Assembly: GCA_035533875.1 (NCBI GenBank)
Contig: DATLSZ010000031.1
Location: 871 to 64,870, forward strand
Length of the DNA: 64,000 nt
Reading direction: 5' to 3'
Source of the DNA: Candidatus Acidiferrales bacterium
Lineage (GTDB): Bacteria; Patescibacteriota; Microgenomatia; Levybacterales; UBA12049
The notes beneath the pieces are model-generated. The model searched no databases. It was not told where the DNA came from and saw nothing but the letters and a program-made list of their open reading frames with translations. Shown piece after piece: positions 61,841 through 64,000 of the stretch (the first letter of the stretch is position 1; the number at the start of each line of letters is the position of its first letter). The position numbers and the translations under genes were made by a program.

Positions 61841-64000
61841 TCAAGAAATATTACCTTGCTTTTGTTGTATAACTTTCATTACTTCGCTTATCTGCATCCA
61901 TAAAAATGTCCAAATCCACACAAACCCTATCTCCCCAAGTGTTAATCTACCCGACATCAGAAAACCAGTAAATGCCAATCCAGTGGCAATAAGCTGTGTT
62001 ATTGATGTTGCCCAAATGACTTGTTTACTTGGCAGAAATTTCCACCACCTTTGTTTCGTGTGTGCCACATAAATAAGCATGTGTCCTGAGACGGTAAGTT
62101 TTAAGAAGTACATAGTCTGAATAACTGTCCAATCCAGATGCCAGATATTTCGTACAATAAAAAATAAGAGAAGACTATTTACAACGCCAACCATTCCAAA
62201 AAGTGAACTCAAAGTAAACCGCTTTTTTACATCTATCTTTGATGGACTGTTGGTAATTTTGACATTATCATAAGCAAGAGAAATAATTGGAATATCATTA
62301 AGAAGTGCTATGAGGATAATTTGCAACGCTGTCATAGGATACACACCATACAAAATACCCAAAACAGCAATGGTAATAATAAGCCTGAGGCTTTCTGAGA
62401 TGCGGTAAAGTGAGTAGGTATAAATGCGCTCAAATATCTTTCGGCTTTCAATAATAGCGTCCCGAATAACGCTGATGCCGTCCGATAACAGAACTATGTC
62501 TGCTGTGGCTTTAAGCGCTGTCACAGCATTTTTAACGGCTATGCCGACATTTGCTGCTTTCAGTGCTGGCAAATCATTGATGCCATCACCATTGGAAGCG
62601 ACAATAAAAAACTTCTTTGCTTGTTGGACAAGTCTGAATTTATCTTCCGGCAATATCTCGGCAAACGCTCCGGTACTTTGGAAAAATGTGACATTGACGG
62701 TGTCCCAGTTGGTTTTATCCAATACTTCTTTTGTGACAATCTTGCCATCAGTAAGAGCAAGTTGTTTGGCAATATTTTCTGCAATGGCTCTGTTATCTCC
62801 TGTTACCATCGCAACGCCAATACCGTTTTCTTTCAAAAATTGTACGACAGATTTGGCGTCTGGGCGTAACGTATCCGACAAGGCAAGTAACCCTACCATC
62901 TTCATTTGCTTTTCTTCTTTGCTATTTACAGCAAGAGCAATAGCAAGAGTTCGGTCCCCGTTATGTGCCAGAGTATCAACTTCTTTATTAAACTTTTCCA
63001 GCGTCGGTTTATCCTGTATGCAAAGCCTTGCAATAATCTGTGGTGCGCCAACAGAAATAACCATGTCCTTGTTGTCTTTGTTAATAACAATAGTGCTTCG
63101 TTTTCTTTCCGCATCGGCAGGAATAAAATCAGCTTTGGTGAATGCCGCAATAGTCAGGTTGAATTCTTTTGTCTTCTGAATGATTGCCGCATCAATAGGA
63201 TTGTCGCTTTCTGATGTCGCAAGCATTGAGGCATACCTCAACACATCGTTATTGGTGAAACCATCATACGCATGGATGTCTTGGATAGTAATTTTATTTT
63301 CTGTGAGCGTTCCTGTTTTATCGGTAAGTAAAAAGTTGACATTTGCCAAATCCTCAAGAGCAGAAAGACGACGAACAATGACATTTTTTGTCGCAAGTGC
63401 TAATACACCAAATTCAATAATAAGCGTCATCACTGTTGGTAGACTGATAGGAATACCTGCGATAAGAAGGCTTAAATCGAGCGTGAGGAGTTCTAAAAAA
63501 GATGCTTTTTTCAAAAGAAACACAACGGTTAAAATGACGACTGCAATAAGGCTAAGTACGGTGAGAAATCTGGAAATGCTGATGATGTCTTTTTCTAGTA
63601 AGCTCTTTTTCTTAACCAGCTCAACTGAGAAGAGTGTTTTCCCGAAATTAGTCTTTGCCCCTGTGGCTGTAACTTCAATTACAGCAATACCACTTGCGAT
63701 AAATGAACCTGAGGACACGGTATCGTTTACTTTTTTATCTTTTGGTAAAGATTCCCCCGTTAGGGCAGATTCATTCGCTGATACGTGATTCGCTTCGACA
63801 ATCTTTCCATCAGCAGGAATGACTTCCCCTGAGGCAAGTTTAATGACATCACCAATGACAAGCATGCGTGAAGCGATATCTTGCCATTTATTATCTCGGA
63901 ATACTTTCGTTTTTTGTTCCAATGTTTCGTTGAGCTTTTTTATGGCGCTGTCTGCTTTATTTTCCTGCCACAATGTTATGAGTATATTGAGAACAAGTAA
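61841..64000 (-). CDS. P-type ATPase, type III (H+/Mg2+)-like, N-terminus beyond the right edge
   Basis: ALTGESLP, LLTDKTGTLTENK, MVTGDN, GDGINDLPALKAANVGIAV. The frame is open to position 64000. Confidence 0.85.
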   Translation of the reverse strand, partial: LLVLNILITLWQENKADSAIKKLNETLEQKTKVFRDNKWQDIASRMLVIGDVIKLASGEVIPADGKIVEANHVSANESALTGESLPKDKKVNDTVSSGSFIASGIAVIEVTATGAKTNFGKTLFSVELVKKKSLLEKDIISISRFLTVLSLIAVVILTVVFLLKKASFLELLTLDLSLLIAGIPISLPTVMTLIIEFGVLALATKNVIVRRLSALEDLANVNFLLTDKTGTLTENKITIQDIHAYDGFTNNDVLRYASMLATSESDNPIDAAIIQKTKEFNLTIAAFTKADFIPADAERKRSTIVINKDNKDMVISVGAPQIIARLCIQDKPTLEKFNKEVDTLAHNGDRTLAIALAVNSKEEKQMKMVGLLALSDTLRPDAKSVVQFLKENGIGVAMVTGDNRAIAENIAKQLALTDGKIVTKEVLDKTNWDTVNVTFFQSTGAFAEILPEDKFRLVQQAKKFFIVASNGDGINDLPALKAANVGIAVKNAVTALKATADIVLLSDGISVIRDAIIESRKIFERIYTYSLYRISESLRLIITIAVLGILYGVYPMTALQIILIALLNDIPIISLAYDNVKITNSPSKIDVKKRFTLSSLFGMVGVVNSLLLFFIVRNIWHLDWTVIQTMYFLKLTVSGHMLIYVAHTKQRWWKFLPSKQVIWATSITQLIATGLAFTGFLMSGRLTLGEIGFVWIWTFLWMQISEVMKVIQQKQGNIS

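Noticed and set aside
62424-63788. Several plus-strand ORFs (251, 202, 102 and 82 aa) inside the P-type ATPase gene
   Set aside because: They lie antisense to a gene with unambiguous P-type ATPase motifs, their sequences are low-complexity Ser/Leu/Phe-rich, and no motifs are present.
1-64000. Alternative genetic code (UGA recoding, as in some CPR lineages)
   Set aside because: All recognisable genes are full-length and uninterrupted under the standard code, and they end at TAA, TAG or TGA at the expected lengths.

Overview
AT-rich bacterial window read with the standard genetic code; ORFs are long and uninterrupted. Composition, weak Shine-Dalgarno usage and the pilin and secreted-lectin content suggest a small-genome Patescibacteria/CPR-like organism, but that is inference only. 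There are three blocks. (i) 1-45,700 is a glycan-biosynthesis and glycosylation island of more than 45 kb and about 43 genes. It holds 9 GT2 (at least two are GtrB/ArnC-type polyprenyl-phosphate glycosyltransferases), 3 GT4, 6 large polytopic GT-C/YfhO-like membrane proteins (two are tandem paralogs), 6 SAM methyltransferases and 2 adjacent MOP/Wzx flippases. Its nucleotide-sugar genes are a UDP-sugar dehydrogenase with epimerases, the GDP-D-glycero-alpha-D-manno-heptose set hddA-gmhA-hddC::gmhB, and CDP-glucose rfbF/rfbG with a His-type 3-dehydratase. It also contains C-C bond-forming modules that are unusual in sugar loci. One is a split, truncated transketolase-like pair. The other is a DmpF/DmpG-like acetaldehyde dehydrogenase/aldolase pair followed directly by an acetolactate-synthase/YerE-like ThDP enzyme; this is my top candidate for an undescribed branched or higher-carbon sugar pathway. 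(ii) 45,727-51,971 carries tRNA-Val(CAC), lepB and a minus-strand housekeeping run ileS-ftsW/rodA-rplU-rpmA-parB. (iii) 52,100-59,943 is a GC-richer block of secreted or anchored proteins: a type IV pilin-like protein, a PQQ-propeller::Spherulin4 fusion, a Thr/Pro-repeat::GH25/DUF1906-like protein and a ricin-lectin fusion. It is followed by transaldolase, a 486-bp noncoding scar with a 5'-truncated ABC ATPase, and a partial P-type ATPase. I saw no rRNA, CRISPR array, transposase or integrase. All family calls come from motifs read by eye, not from database searches.
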